From: an uncultured Poribacteria bacterium
Lineage (GTDB): Bacteria; Poribacteria; WGA-4E; WGA-3G
DNA: 64,000 nucleotides
Assembly (NCBI GenBank): GCA_951813565.1
Contig: OX638351.1
Coordinates: forward strand, 4,768,001-4,832,000
Reading direction: 5' to 3'
Shown here: positions 20,466-30,328 of the stretch, piece after piece
Layout of the letters: the number at the start of each line of letters is the position of its first letter
Numbering within the stretch: the first letter of the stretch is position 1
The notes under the pieces: generated by a model
What the model was told of the DNA's origin: nothing
What the model saw: only the letters and a program-made list of their open reading frames with translations
The model's database searches: none
Made by a program: the position numbers and the translations under genes

Positions 20466-20529
20466 TAATGTACTTATGTGGTAGAACACATTTAAATCAC
20501 ACCGAATCTATACAATTTAATTATAGGGC

Positions 20530-22311
20530 ATGACTTATACCATGAAAAACATAGAAATTAGCAATATATTCAGCAATATCGGAGAACTTTTACAAATCCG
20601 AGGAGACGCTTCGTTTCGAATTAGATCTTACGAAAAAGCTGCTGATATAATTGAGGGATTAACTGTTGATGTTGGTGAACTAATTGAGGCAGGAAAATTC
20701 CAAAATATCTCTGGAATCGGCAAAACAATTGAGGAAAAGACACGAGAGATCATTGAAACTGGCACCTGCCAAGCTTATGAAAAACTCATCGCGGAGATGG
20801 GATTGGAGGTCCTGGATCTTTTGGATATCCAAGGGATTGGGAGCAAAACAGCAAGCCGACTCTATAACGAACTTGGCATTAAAAATCTAAATCAACTCGC
20901 TGAAGCACTTGAAGATGGAAAACTGCAAGGCATGAAAGGATTAGGAAAAAAGACGCTTGAAACCATCTCAGAAAGTCTCAAATTCCTAAACACTTATCGT
21001 GGTACACGTCTGATTTCACAAACCATAAACCTTGCTGGAAAACTCTCTGAAGTTTTCAAAAGTTGTGAAGCGTTAGCGCGGCACGAATTTACTGGTAATT
21101 TACGCAGACGCGAAGAGGTATGTCGTAGTCTTGAAGTTGTGGTTGAATGTACCGAGGACATTGGTACAACACAAAACACACTCATTGAACACCTTGCTAC
21201 GCATCAGGAACAACTTACAGTTCAAATGGTAGATACCCCCCAAGATACACCTATTGGAACACTGCAATTACAACCTTTACAGAAAATTCACCTCCTTATT
21301 AACAACGATTTTCCAGGAACGATTTACCTGTGTTCAGCTGCTCATTACGAGGCAACACTGTTCCTAACAACAGCAACGGACGAACATCTCGCAGCGCTCC
21401 CCACTGATACACCTTTAAAAATTAGTGATCTAAGCAAAGCACCAGATTTTTGGCAAGAGACTCAGAATAACACCGAAACAGAAATATATAGCAAATTGGG
21501 TATGTCTTATATCCCTCCAGAACTTCGCCAATTTCCCGACTCGGTTGCGTTAGCAGTGGAAAACAAGCTGCCATCGCTTGTTGAATTCAATGACATACGA
21601 GGTGATTTACATACCCATACTGATTGGAGTGATGGCGCACATACTATGAATGAGATGGTGGCGGCAGCCATAAAACGCGGTCTTGAATACTACGCTATCA
21701 CGGATCATTCTGTCTCCTCTTCAGTTGCCAACGGCTTGGATCAGGGACGTTTGTTGGCACAGATGAAGCAGGTACGTGAATTAGATGCTGCAACCGAAGG
21801 TATCACAATTTTAGCAGGTTCTGAAGTGGATATTCGCAGAGATGGCACACTTGATTTTACTGACGAGATTCTCGCGCAACTTGATATTGTTGTAGCGAGT
21901 GTTCATAGCCATTTTACGTTATCCGAAGCAGAGATGACAAAACGGATGATCCGCGCGATTGAAAATCCGTATGTCAAAATCATTGGACATCCGACAGGAC
22001 GATTGCTCGGTAGAAGACCGATGTATCCGATTAATCTCAATGAGATTATCAGTGCTGCAGCAGAAAACAACACCATTCTGGAGATTAATGGTTCACCGAG
22101 TCGTTTAGATTTGGGACCAGAATATGTCCGTAAGGCAAAAGAGGCGGGTGTTCTCATTGCTATTAACACAGACGCACACTCTGTCCCAGAATTTGAACGT
22201 TATCAATATGGTGTAAACGTAGCACGTCGTAGTGGATTAACGCAGGATGATGTCATCAATACATATTCTTTAGAAAAGTTGCGCGGGACTTTACACAACA
22301 ATGTAAGCTGA
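20530..22311 (+). CDS. polX: DNA polymerase X / PHP 3'-5' exonuclease
   Basis: HhH motifs (GIGK, GIGSKTA, GLGKK), YIPPELR, PHP motifs DLHTHT, TDHS, GHPTGR, NTDAH. Confidence 0.92.
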   Translation: MTYTMKNIEISNIFSNIGELLQIRGDASFRIRSYEKAADIIEGLTVDVGELIEAGKFQNISGIGKTIEEKTREIIETGTCQAYEKLIAEMGLEVLDLLDIQGIGSKTASRLYNELGIKNLNQLAEALEDGKLQGMKGLGKKTLETISESLKFLNTYRGTRLISQTINLAGKLSEVFKSCEALARHEFTGNLRRREEVCRSLEVVVECTEDIGTTQNTLIEHLATHQEQLTVQMVDTPQDTPIGTLQLQPLQKIHLLINNDFPGTIYLCSAAHYEATLFLTTATDEHLAALPTDTPLKISDLSKAPDFWQETQNNTETEIYSKLGMSYIPPELRQFPDSVALAVENKLPSLVEFNDIRGDLHTHTDWSDGAHTMNEMVAAAIKRGLEYYAITDHSVSSSVANGLDQGRLLAQMKQVRELDAATEGITILAGSEVDIRRDGTLDFTDEILAQLDIVVASVHSHFTLSEAEMTKRMIRAIENPYVKIIGHPTGRLLGRRPMYPINLNEIISAAAENNTILEINGSPSRLDLGPEYVRKAKEAGVLIAINTDAHSVPEFERYQYGVNVARRSGLTQDDVINTYSLEKLRGTLHNNVS

Positions 22312-22324
22312 AAGGAGTTTTATC

Positions 22325-24256
22325 GTGAAACGAACGAGACTTGCACCTGCAAAACGCGCTATCATTATCGGTATGGATGGGGCAAGCATGGAACTGGTCA
22401 ACAACATGATTGCGTGGGGACACGCCCCGAATATGGCAAAATTACGTGATGCAGGTGTCTACCGTGCGATGATTGGCGTATTTCCTACATTGACTCCACC
22501 CGGATGGACCGCGCTCTCCACGGGTTCTTGGCCCGGCACGCATCGGGTAATGGATTTTAACATTCGTGCCATCGGGGAACAACTGAATAAAACGGTCTGG
22601 GGTATTAACACTGGATTGTGCCAATCCGAATATCTCTGGAATCTTGTTGAGCGGGCAGGTGGAAAACCGATTCTGGTGAAATGGGAAATGTCTTGGCCTC
22701 CCACTGTCCAAACAGGCATTCAGGTGGAGGGAACTGGCCCTGGCGTTTCAAACCATCATCAAATTGCGGGCTATCATCTTTTTGTTGCGGGCAAGTGGGC
22801 ACCCCGTCCTATCGGTGGGCAGCGCGATCCAGAAACACTTGACCCCAGCGCATTACAGAAAGTTAAACACATTGATCCGGTAACGATCAGACCGGTTGAT
22901 ACAAGCAAATGGGAAGGGATGCTGCCTGATTCTAACAAACCTGTGCAGGAGGTAGAGCTCACTATCCAACCTTTAGCACGCGGTAGAGAGAATATGAATC
23001 GCGGCAAATCGGGCACTCCTAAATCTTTTTATGGAATAATTTATGCTTCCGGTCAAGACGGTTACGATAGAATACGCGTATGTAGCAGTCGTTCTATAGA
23101 TAATGTTATCGCGGACCTTGGTATTGGTGATTGGAGTGATTGGTGGTTGGATACGTTTGAAATTGATGGCAGTGATGTTGAAGGCTATGTTCGCATGAAA
23201 CTGGTCACGTTGACGGCAACGGCAGATGCCTTTGAGCTCTTTGTGCCACAGATTTGGCCCAGAACAGACTACACTGTGCCTTCAGAGGTGGCGGCTTCAA
23301 TTGACCAAAATGTCGGTTCATTTCTCCAAAATCCTGCCCGTGACGCACTCGGACAGGTGGACGATGGGACCTATTTTGAGCTATTAGATTACCACCACCA
23401 ACGTTTGGCAGATGTTGCGACACATCTTGCATCCGAAAACGATTGGGATGTTCTTATGGTAGAGACACATGCGCCGGACTACGCGAGTCACTTCTTTCTC
23501 AGCCAAGCGGATGAAATCAGTGGTGCCGCGCCCGAAACTATCCATCGCTGTCGAGAGGGATTGCGCCGCACTTATGAGTCTGTTGATCAGATGATTGGAC
23601 AAATTGCAGAACTTGCGGATGACGAGACAGTTGTCCTCATCTGCGCTGATCACGGCGGCACACCAAATCAATTCCGTGCTATAGATATTGAAAAAGTATT
23701 GGAAGAGACAGGGTTCATTGTTAAAGGGACAGATGGTGCAATAGATTGGACGAAGACACGGGCACTCAACGTTGGATTGGTGCATATTTTTATCAACCTT
23801 GCTGGTCGTGAACCGAACGGTATTGTTTCACAGGAGGATTACGAAGCAACACAACGTGAGATTATTGCAGCGCTACATGCCTACCGTGATGCGGAAACAG
23901 GGAGACATCCGTTTTCATTGGCGGTGACCCGAGCAGATGCAGAGATGTTAAACCTACAAGGTGACCTCGTTGGTGATGTTGTTTATGCACTGCTTCCAGA
24001 ATTTGATGGTGCACACGGCAAGCAGTTGCCATCGGTTAGCTTCGGCATCGGGGGTCAGCATTCAACGTTTATTCTCTCTGGTGCGGGTGTTCGGAAAGGT
24101 GACGCCTTAGACAGGCAGGTACGCGTGGTGGATGTTGCACCAACAATCTGCTATCTGTTAGGATTGCCGATGCCTACAAATGTTGAAGGTGGCGTAGTTT
24201 ATGAAGCGTTAGTGGACCCAAATTGGCATCTCACGCGACTTGCGGAATTAGAATAG
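22325..24256 (+). CDS. Alkaline phosphatase superfamily / nucleotide pyrophosphatase-phosphodiesterase
   Basis: IIGMDG, PTLTPPGWTALSTG, ADHG, DVAPTI. Confidence 0.85.
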   Translation: MKRTRLAPAKRAIIIGMDGASMELVNNMIAWGHAPNMAKLRDAGVYRAMIGVFPTLTPPGWTALSTGSWPGTHRVMDFNIRAIGEQLNKTVWGINTGLCQSEYLWNLVERAGGKPILVKWEMSWPPTVQTGIQVEGTGPGVSNHHQIAGYHLFVAGKWAPRPIGGQRDPETLDPSALQKVKHIDPVTIRPVDTSKWEGMLPDSNKPVQEVELTIQPLARGRENMNRGKSGTPKSFYGIIYASGQDGYDRIRVCSSRSIDNVIADLGIGDWSDWWLDTFEIDGSDVEGYVRMKLVTLTATADAFELFVPQIWPRTDYTVPSEVAASIDQNVGSFLQNPARDALGQVDDGTYFELLDYHHQRLADVATHLASENDWDVLMVETHAPDYASHFFLSQADEISGAAPETIHRCREGLRRTYESVDQMIGQIAELADDETVVLICADHGGTPNQFRAIDIEKVLEETGFIVKGTDGAIDWTKTRALNVGLVHIFINLAGREPNGIVSQEDYEATQREIIAALHAYRDAETGRHPFSLAVTRADAEMLNLQGDLVGDVVYALLPEFDGAHGKQLPSVSFGIGGQHSTFILSGAGVRKGDALDRQVRVVDVAPTICYLLGLPMPTNVEGGVVYEALVDPNWHLTRLAELE

Positions 24257-24558
24257 TAATAGATATTGATCGGGTACAACTCTGGACTATAAGAGGGAGA
24301 AAAAGCAAGCAGGACCGAAACAAATACTTTGCTCCATGAATCAACGCCAAATGCGCTTTTGGGTATTTGGCGGCATGTGCGGACTACCTTTAAGCACATA
24401 TTTAACATCGGAATTATTTATACACACACCCTCATACATAATTGGAAAGTGTAGCAGAGATTGAAATTATTAAAAGTGTAAATATATACAAGAAATGGTA
24501 TCATTCCTTAAAACTATTCCAGTAAAATGTTTATTTTAATTTGACAAATGATTATATT

Positions 24559-24599
24559 GATAATGACATTCATTTTCATTGATATTGAGTATCATTATT
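24559..24599. promoter_or_regulatory. Two tandem Fur-box-like sites
   Basis: GATAATGACATTCATTTTC (24559-24577) and GATATTGAGTATCATTATT (24581-24599) versus consensus GATAATGATAATCATTATC. Confidence 0.65.
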
Positions 24600-24726
24600 A
24601 TATATACACATAATGGAAAAAACAATATTTCAGTATAGCATTGCGTGGAATGATCGTATAATTTCCTAATTGCAGATAATTATCTACCATTTTGAGCAAT
24701 GTAAAAAAATGAGAAAATTGCAGATA

Positions 24727-24953
24727 TAGTGGATTTTACAATTAAACGGACATTGTCACTCGGCACGGACAAGGTGTTCTACAGTTTTAAAGTCGCGACC
24801 TGCGAATCAACGCCAAATGCGCCAAATCAAGAAATCAAAGGTATGAATCATGGCATTTGTCGGGTCGCTCTACAGGAAGAGGCGCAATGAATTGCGCGAC
24901 TACGAACGCATCAAACCTATAAAGAACTGTCCAAGTAATTTTAGATTTCACTA
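24727..24953. mobile_element. IS630-related MITE with REP hairpins
   Basis: TAGTGGATTTTACAATTAAACGGACA...TGTCCAAGTAATTTTAGATTTCACTA with TA flanks. Confidence 0.7.
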
Positions 24954-25149
24954 TAATTTAAAAATAATTAGGTAAAACTCTTAAGTTGTTACATTTTTGG
25001 GGATATAGGCGAGCATGACACACCCGCCCGACAACCAAGAATCCTGTAATTAACGGTTCTGTAAGAGTTCTTTCAATGCTGCTTTTTTCTTTTTTAAACG
25101 GCGTAACTGACGTTGGCGAATTTGTGTGCGCCGTCTGATCTGTCCACTT

Positions 25150-26274
25150 TTACTCCGTGCCATCAGTGTCACCTCCTTCTTCGTAAGTTTTAGCGAGAAA
25201 CATCAAAGCCGATTGGCAATGGGTTTCCAGTTCTTTCATTGCTACATTCAATTCAGTTTCAGAATGCGCGTGGAGTTGTATCCGACTTTCGGTTACTGTG
25301 ATATAAAGTTCATGGTCCTCGTTGAAAAAATCAAGTTGTGCCGCTGTCTCTTTTTTAAGGGTTTGTCCCTCCCATGTTTCCAAAACTTCCTTGATTGCTA
25401 AACCGTCAAAATTTTTGTAAAGTGCTTTCGCAGGCAGTGAATCGGGTGAAGGTGCAGGTTGTGACACAGACGGTTCTGGTAAGGTTGGAACAGGCAATGT
25501 GTCTGTGCTATCAATTGGTTGTGATTCAACATTTGCAGAAGATGGATCTTTTGCGATAGCATCTGATAACATATTTGACAGTGTTTTGTCCGGTTGGGAT
25601 CCGGAATCTTCGTTTTCAAGAACTTCCGAAAGGATGTTTCTTACAACAGGATGTTCCTCATTTAAAGGGGGCGGATCTTCAACCATCAGGCAGAGCGTTT
25701 GCATGACAACACCTTGGATTAACGGATGTTCCACGAAAATGTCACGCGGTGCTACTTCAAATAGGGATTGTGTAACAAATGCGACATCTGCAAGATCACG
25801 ATTTCCTATCCGTCTGAGGCGGTTTTCACACGCAGTTAGGGCAGAAAATAAAGTCCGCGTAAATTTAGGTGTGATCAGACGAGGGAGAACTTCTGTGCGG
25901 AATCTTTCACAAATTTCGTCTGAATCTTGTATCTCATGATCTTTGAGAAGTTGTGTATCCTCAGCTACTTCTAAGGTTTCAAGTTCAGCATTAACTGGAA
26001 ATTTAGGTTTTAATTCAACTTTTTCGTCTTTAAGAAATATCACTACCTCATCGTACATCAAGTCAAGATCAAAGTGTAGTCTTTCAAGTTCTGGCTCTTC
26101 AAGCAAATCACGGCTTTTTATAAGATACGTGAATAGACGCTCCTCGTCCATCTTTTCATAAGGAAGTCTTCGTTGCTTTTCAATTGCCAATTGTTTATGT
26201 CTGGATTTTCGGTCACGATTCCGTTTTTCCCGCTTTCGGGCAACGTTCGCCGACCTACCTTTTTTCTTTGCCAT
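25150..26274 (-). CDS. Hypothetical protein (basic N-terminus, Pro/Ser-rich linker)
   Basis: 374-aa ORF with protein-like composition; no family recognised. Confidence 0.8.
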   Translation of the reverse strand: MAKKKGRSANVARKREKRNRDRKSRHKQLAIEKQRRLPYEKMDEERLFTYLIKSRDLLEEPELERLHFDLDLMYDEVVIFLKDEKVELKPKFPVNAELETLEVAEDTQLLKDHEIQDSDEICERFRTEVLPRLITPKFTRTLFSALTACENRLRRIGNRDLADVAFVTQSLFEVAPRDIFVEHPLIQGVVMQTLCLMVEDPPPLNEEHPVVRNILSEVLENEDSGSQPDKTLSNMLSDAIAKDPSSANVESQPIDSTDTLPVPTLPEPSVSQPAPSPDSLPAKALYKNFDGLAIKEVLETWEGQTLKKETAAQLDFFNEDHELYITVTESRIQLHAHSETELNVAMKELETHCQSALMFLAKTYEEGGDTDGTE

Positions 26275-26674
26275 GATAATATAATTGTACTTGATTGAAT
26301 TGTCACATTTTACATTCCACGAAACATGTAATCCGATCTGAATTTTGTATCTATTAAGTATACATAAACACTACCTTACTGTCAATATAAATTTTTGTGA
26401 AGATCGTTGGCGTAGAGAAATATAAACCGTATAGATGGCTTATAGTGAAACCTAAAATAATTAGACACTTTCCTCCCACGGTAGGCGAGGAATGCTTAAA
26501 TGGCATTCCCTGTATAACATTCGCCATGATTTGTAGCATTGATTTGGAGGTTTACTAATACCAATTCTAAAATACAATGTCCCATTTACCATACTGTAAT
26601 TTAATGGAATATCAACAGAAGAAAGAATGTCCGAGGCGACAAGTCATGGCGAATACCATACGGGGAGTGCCTAA

Positions 26675-27077
26675 TACCACATTAACTTGATTCATATTTA
26701 TGGAGCAGTTAGGAAAACGTACCTTATGCGTCAATTTAAGGATATACCCTCTTGTGGGAGGGAATCAACGCAGCATGCGCGTTTGGCATGCTGCCAAATC
26801 AACGCCAAATGCGCTTTTTGGCATTTGGCGGGTTTTCAACCCCGATTTTCTTCTGTAGGAGCGACCTCCCGGTCGCGAGCTGGAGCTCGCTCCTACAGAA
26901 TGTCCGAGGCAACAAGTCATGGCGAATACCACGCGTATTCGCCCAAGTGCGCTTGGCGTTGATTTGGCAATGAATTGCGCGACTACAAACGCTTTTTTTC
27001 TTAAATTGACAGTTATGGAGCGGTTAGGAAACCGCTCCTACCGTCCGGAAAATGCGATAAATCCCGTTAATTTGGTA
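26675..27077. mobile_element. 403-bp composite MITE (TACCACATTAAC...GTTAATTTGGTA), inside a larger element at about 26559-27198
   Basis: Near-identical copy at 50437-50839. Confidence 0.88.
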
Positions 27078-27316
27078 TAAATGGCATTCATACCGTTGAT
27101 TTGGCGTATTCGCCCAAGTGCGCTTGGCGTTGATTTGGCAATGAATTGCGCGACTACGAACGCGTTTTTGTTAATGAGAAGTTATTATTTAGAAATGGTA
27201 TAACCTCGCTGGTGCGGCGTGTCCGATTAATTTCTAAAGCCTACTATAAATAGGTATTGATAAAAAGAAAAGGCAGATACCCAAAATGGATACCTGCCTG
27301 TAGAAGTTGTCGGTAT

Positions 27317-28689
27317 TTAGTCACAAAGATCACACGTATGTGAAGGTTCACTACATTTGTGGTGGGCGGTCGTCCATGTTGGACAATAAGGTGTGACGTC
27401 CCCGCAATCTTTCCACGTCCCACCACACCATTTGCATGTCTTAGTTCGGTGAAAATCCACCTGCGATTGCACAGTGGTATCATAGGTATGCCCATACGCA
27501 CACGTCATATACTGCGACTGAGGTTCGGGATACTGGTGCATATGAGACTGACACGCATAGTAGCCCCCAACGGTACAAGTATTTCCGTTCGCATCGGTTA
27601 CATAGCAGTAAGTGTAAGAATGATCTGAACCATCACACACATAGTGACCAGAGTAGCCACAACCCGCAGCAGAATGATCCCCCGATTGCCACGTCTCATG
27701 AGAACCGCACATGTGGTAGGACGGCGCAGGCGTTGGTTCGGACGTTGGTTCTTGGAATTCATTTTGTGTCGTCTCTTCCGTGCTGTCATCATCGTCATCA
27801 GAATGCTTCGTTTCCCAGTTTATCCAGTCAGACCAATTATGATCTTTCTTGGGTCCAACACACCGCCTAAAACCATCTCCGCAAGTGTTGGTCACACCCG
27901 ATCCGTTTGTAAAGTCTCTGGTGCAGCTGCGCACTCTATGCCTATCATTTGCCGCTGTATCACAGGTGTAGTAGGCAATCCCATCCCCCGAAATAAGCGT
28001 TCTTATAGCCGTAAGCGTCGACTTCTTCGCCACAGACCTCGCGATGCGTATAGAAAGCCTCATGCGGTGTGCCATAAGACACGTTACACACAGTCTTACC
28101 CGCAGCGTGGTTACTCCGACACAAAAATGATGGCAAACTATCACGACACGTCTTCGTGTCTTTAGAAGGCACGAAATGATTGGTGTTAGATGGGGACGCA
28201 GCATCATGGTGCTGGGCATAATGCTTATTGACAGTCTTTTCAGCATACGCATGTGCACTATAATACACAGAAACCATCCGATAAAATAGGTCTATCGCTC
28301 TTCACATTAGATAACTCATCACTATACAAATCCATTAGACTCTTATTCGCATAGTAGGACCTCATTTCTGATTCAAGTCTACCGTCTAATCCACCCGTTA
28401 AAGCCCAAAAACCTGTACCCATCGCTTCTATAAGAAAGTTGGGAGCCGTTTTTCGACGGTTCTCATCTAACATCGTTGCCCATTTGGCACTTGCCCTGTC
28501 TACAAGATCCCACGCTGAATTCACATCAACTTCTTGCTGAATGACTTGACCTTCCGTTGCGATCAAATCGAGCACAGCATTAATGGGGATTATGTCATCA
28601 ATGGGCGTCGCAAAGGACGAAACGGTGCAGAAACTGAAAATAGATAGACAAATAACGTAAAATCCGATCATTAAAATATTTTTTCGCAT
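27317..28689 (-). pseudogene. Secreted Cys/His-rich protein split over three frames (two apparent frameshifts)
   Basis: Signal-peptide ORF 28258-28689 continues into 27960-28277 and then the Cys/His-rich part of 27317-28258; shifts near 28290 and 27988. Confidence 0.65.
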
Positions 28690-28698
28690 AATATCCTC

Positions 28699-29439
28699 CT
28701 ATTTAGGTAAAAGCGTTTTTGAGGCAAATCCTTCGGGATCTATGATGAGCCCTTCCGTGACTCGCGTCCATAATAACCTGCTTAAATCATTTATCCGCGC
28801 TAACTTCCACCTGAACTGTTTGTATTCCTCACTCGGAGGCACCCTATCTTTATATGTGAACGCATCACTTCGCTTTGATAACTCACGACCCTTCTCATGA
28901 ATTGCCTTGTACCACGCCTCACTATCCCGAAATGCTTTTTGGCAGATCGGGTTGGTCGTGTCGTCAATGCTGTCATAGTATGTTATCAGATATGTGAAGC
29001 GTGCAATTGCTGCTGCCTCTGTGTCGTCCGGTGGGAATGGCGGTATCCATTTCGCGCTCCAGTGTCCACGTTCTTTGGCTTGCAAACGGAGTGCTTCCAC
29101 AGGATGTTTCTCTAAAAGTTCCTTGTGGTAGGTTAACGGACCAGTATATGTTTGCGGCACTAGCGCAGGTTGCGTTGTAGGCGCCTCTTGCCACTCATCA
29201 GGTGCGTCAATCGGCACTTCATGGAAATGGTCATCATGCGGCACCCACTTTTTGCCCGGTTCGGCAGGCCGTAGGTTATTTTCTGCAAGGGGGTTACGCT
29301 TTTCTTCAAGCATTTTCTCGTCCTGTGCAAGCTGTTCTTTGAGCTGCGCGACTTGTGACCACTGATAGTAGATAAAGCCACCAGCAGCAATCAGGATTAT
29401 AATGAGGGCTGCGATGCCCCAATACATTTTGCGGTTCAT
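28699..29439 (-). CDS. Hypothetical single-pass membrane protein with HDDHFH motif
   Basis: N-terminal TM helix, coiled coil, GKKWVPHDDHFHEVP; AGGAGG RBS. Confidence 0.85.
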   Translation of the reverse strand: MNRKMYWGIAALIIILIAAGGFIYYQWSQVAQLKEQLAQDEKMLEEKRNPLAENNLRPAEPGKKWVPHDDHFHEVPIDAPDEWQEAPTTQPALVPQTYTGPLTYHKELLEKHPVEALRLQAKERGHWSAKWIPPFPPDDTEAAAIARFTYLITYYDSIDDTTNPICQKAFRDSEAWYKAIHEKGRELSKRSDAFTYKDRVPPSEEYKQFRWKLARINDLSRLLWTRVTEGLIIDPEGFASKTLLPK

Positions 29440-29697
29440 CTAACGATCCTCCTGTCTAAGATTCTTGTTATCCCTGCTGTTCGTTGTGTCCAGTGTGCAG
29501 GGCTGTCTCGGATTTGGACAAATCAAGTTCGGTTTCAGGACCCCTTGTCTCGATGTACATTCGCGTTTGAATTGTTCATCGCAAGCAGACGTATTTATCT
29601 GTGTGGCATCTATTGTGCCAAACAGCAAGAAACCGCTTCCGATGATGAATGCGAAAGTAAGAATGGAGAGAAGAAGGACTTTGTAGTCTCGTCTCAT
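29440..29697 (-). CDS. Small hydrophobic/secreted hypothetical protein (85 aa)
   Basis: AGAGGAGG RBS, hydrophobic N-terminus, stop abuts the next gene's start. Confidence 0.65.
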   Translation of the reverse strand: MRRDYKVLLLSILTFAFIIGSGFLLFGTIDATQINTSACDEQFKRECTSRQGVLKPNLICPNPRQPCTLDTTNSRDNKNLRQEDR

Positions 29698-29904
29698 CTT
29701 GTGCCTCCTCTTTATATAGAGTAGGTTAATTGTTTTGACAGACTACAGAAATAGGTGGGGAATGCCTAAAGGCGAATGCGCCAAATCAACGATCCGAATG
29801 CCCTTTGGCATTCCCCGTCCAGCATTCGCCATGATTCATACCGTTGGTTAGGTATTTGTACAGTTTTAACTATCCCTGTAGAGGCCGCTGGTCTCTAAAG
29901 TGCA

Positions 29905-29933
29905 TTGACACTTCAGAAGGTCTCTGTTAAAAT
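29905..29933 (+). promoter_or_regulatory. Promoter of putative small RNA
   Basis: TTGACA-17 nt-TAAAAT. Confidence 0.65.
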
Positions 29934-29940
29934 AGACACC

Positions 29941-30048
29941 AGCGCTGTCAGACTATTCCTGGCAGTGCTTCGCATCGGCAGTGATCGGTTCACTGTCGGT
30001 GCATCTAAAAAGCACCTCCGACGTAATCCACGCAAGGCGGATTTTTTT
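29941..30048 (+). ncRNA. Putative structured (antisense) small RNA of about 108 nt
   Basis: Two hairpins whose non-Watson-Crick pairs are all G-U on the plus strand, then an imperfect hairpin + T7; upstream promoter. Confidence 0.55.
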
Positions 30049-30062
30049 AACGTCTACAAGGT

Positions 30063-30090
30063 ATTATAGGACTTTTGCATTTTTTGTCAA
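30063..30090 (-). promoter_or_regulatory. Consensus promoter for the leftward secreted-protein operon
   Basis: TTGACA-16 nt-TATAAT on the minus strand. Confidence 0.65.
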
Positions 30091-30328
30091 CAACTTTTTT
30101 GAATTTTATCAAAAAATATAATTTACAGAGCGGACGCACAGTGGGTAAATGTCCAAAAACGCCAAATGTCAAATGCGCATGCTGCGTTGATTCCCTCCAA
30201 CAAGAGAAAAGAGTATTCATGTCAAAAACTTTACACACTCTTCCAATCGCAATCATTGCTGAATCTCTGACTTTGTGTTATAATTAAACCGAGATGACAG
30301 AAAAGATTATAGACATCAGGAGAAAGGG

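Noticed and set aside
26687..26973. Duplicated ORFs (also 50428-50735) suggesting a repeated gene
   Set aside because: They lie entirely within the 403-bp MITE and translate REP hairpins
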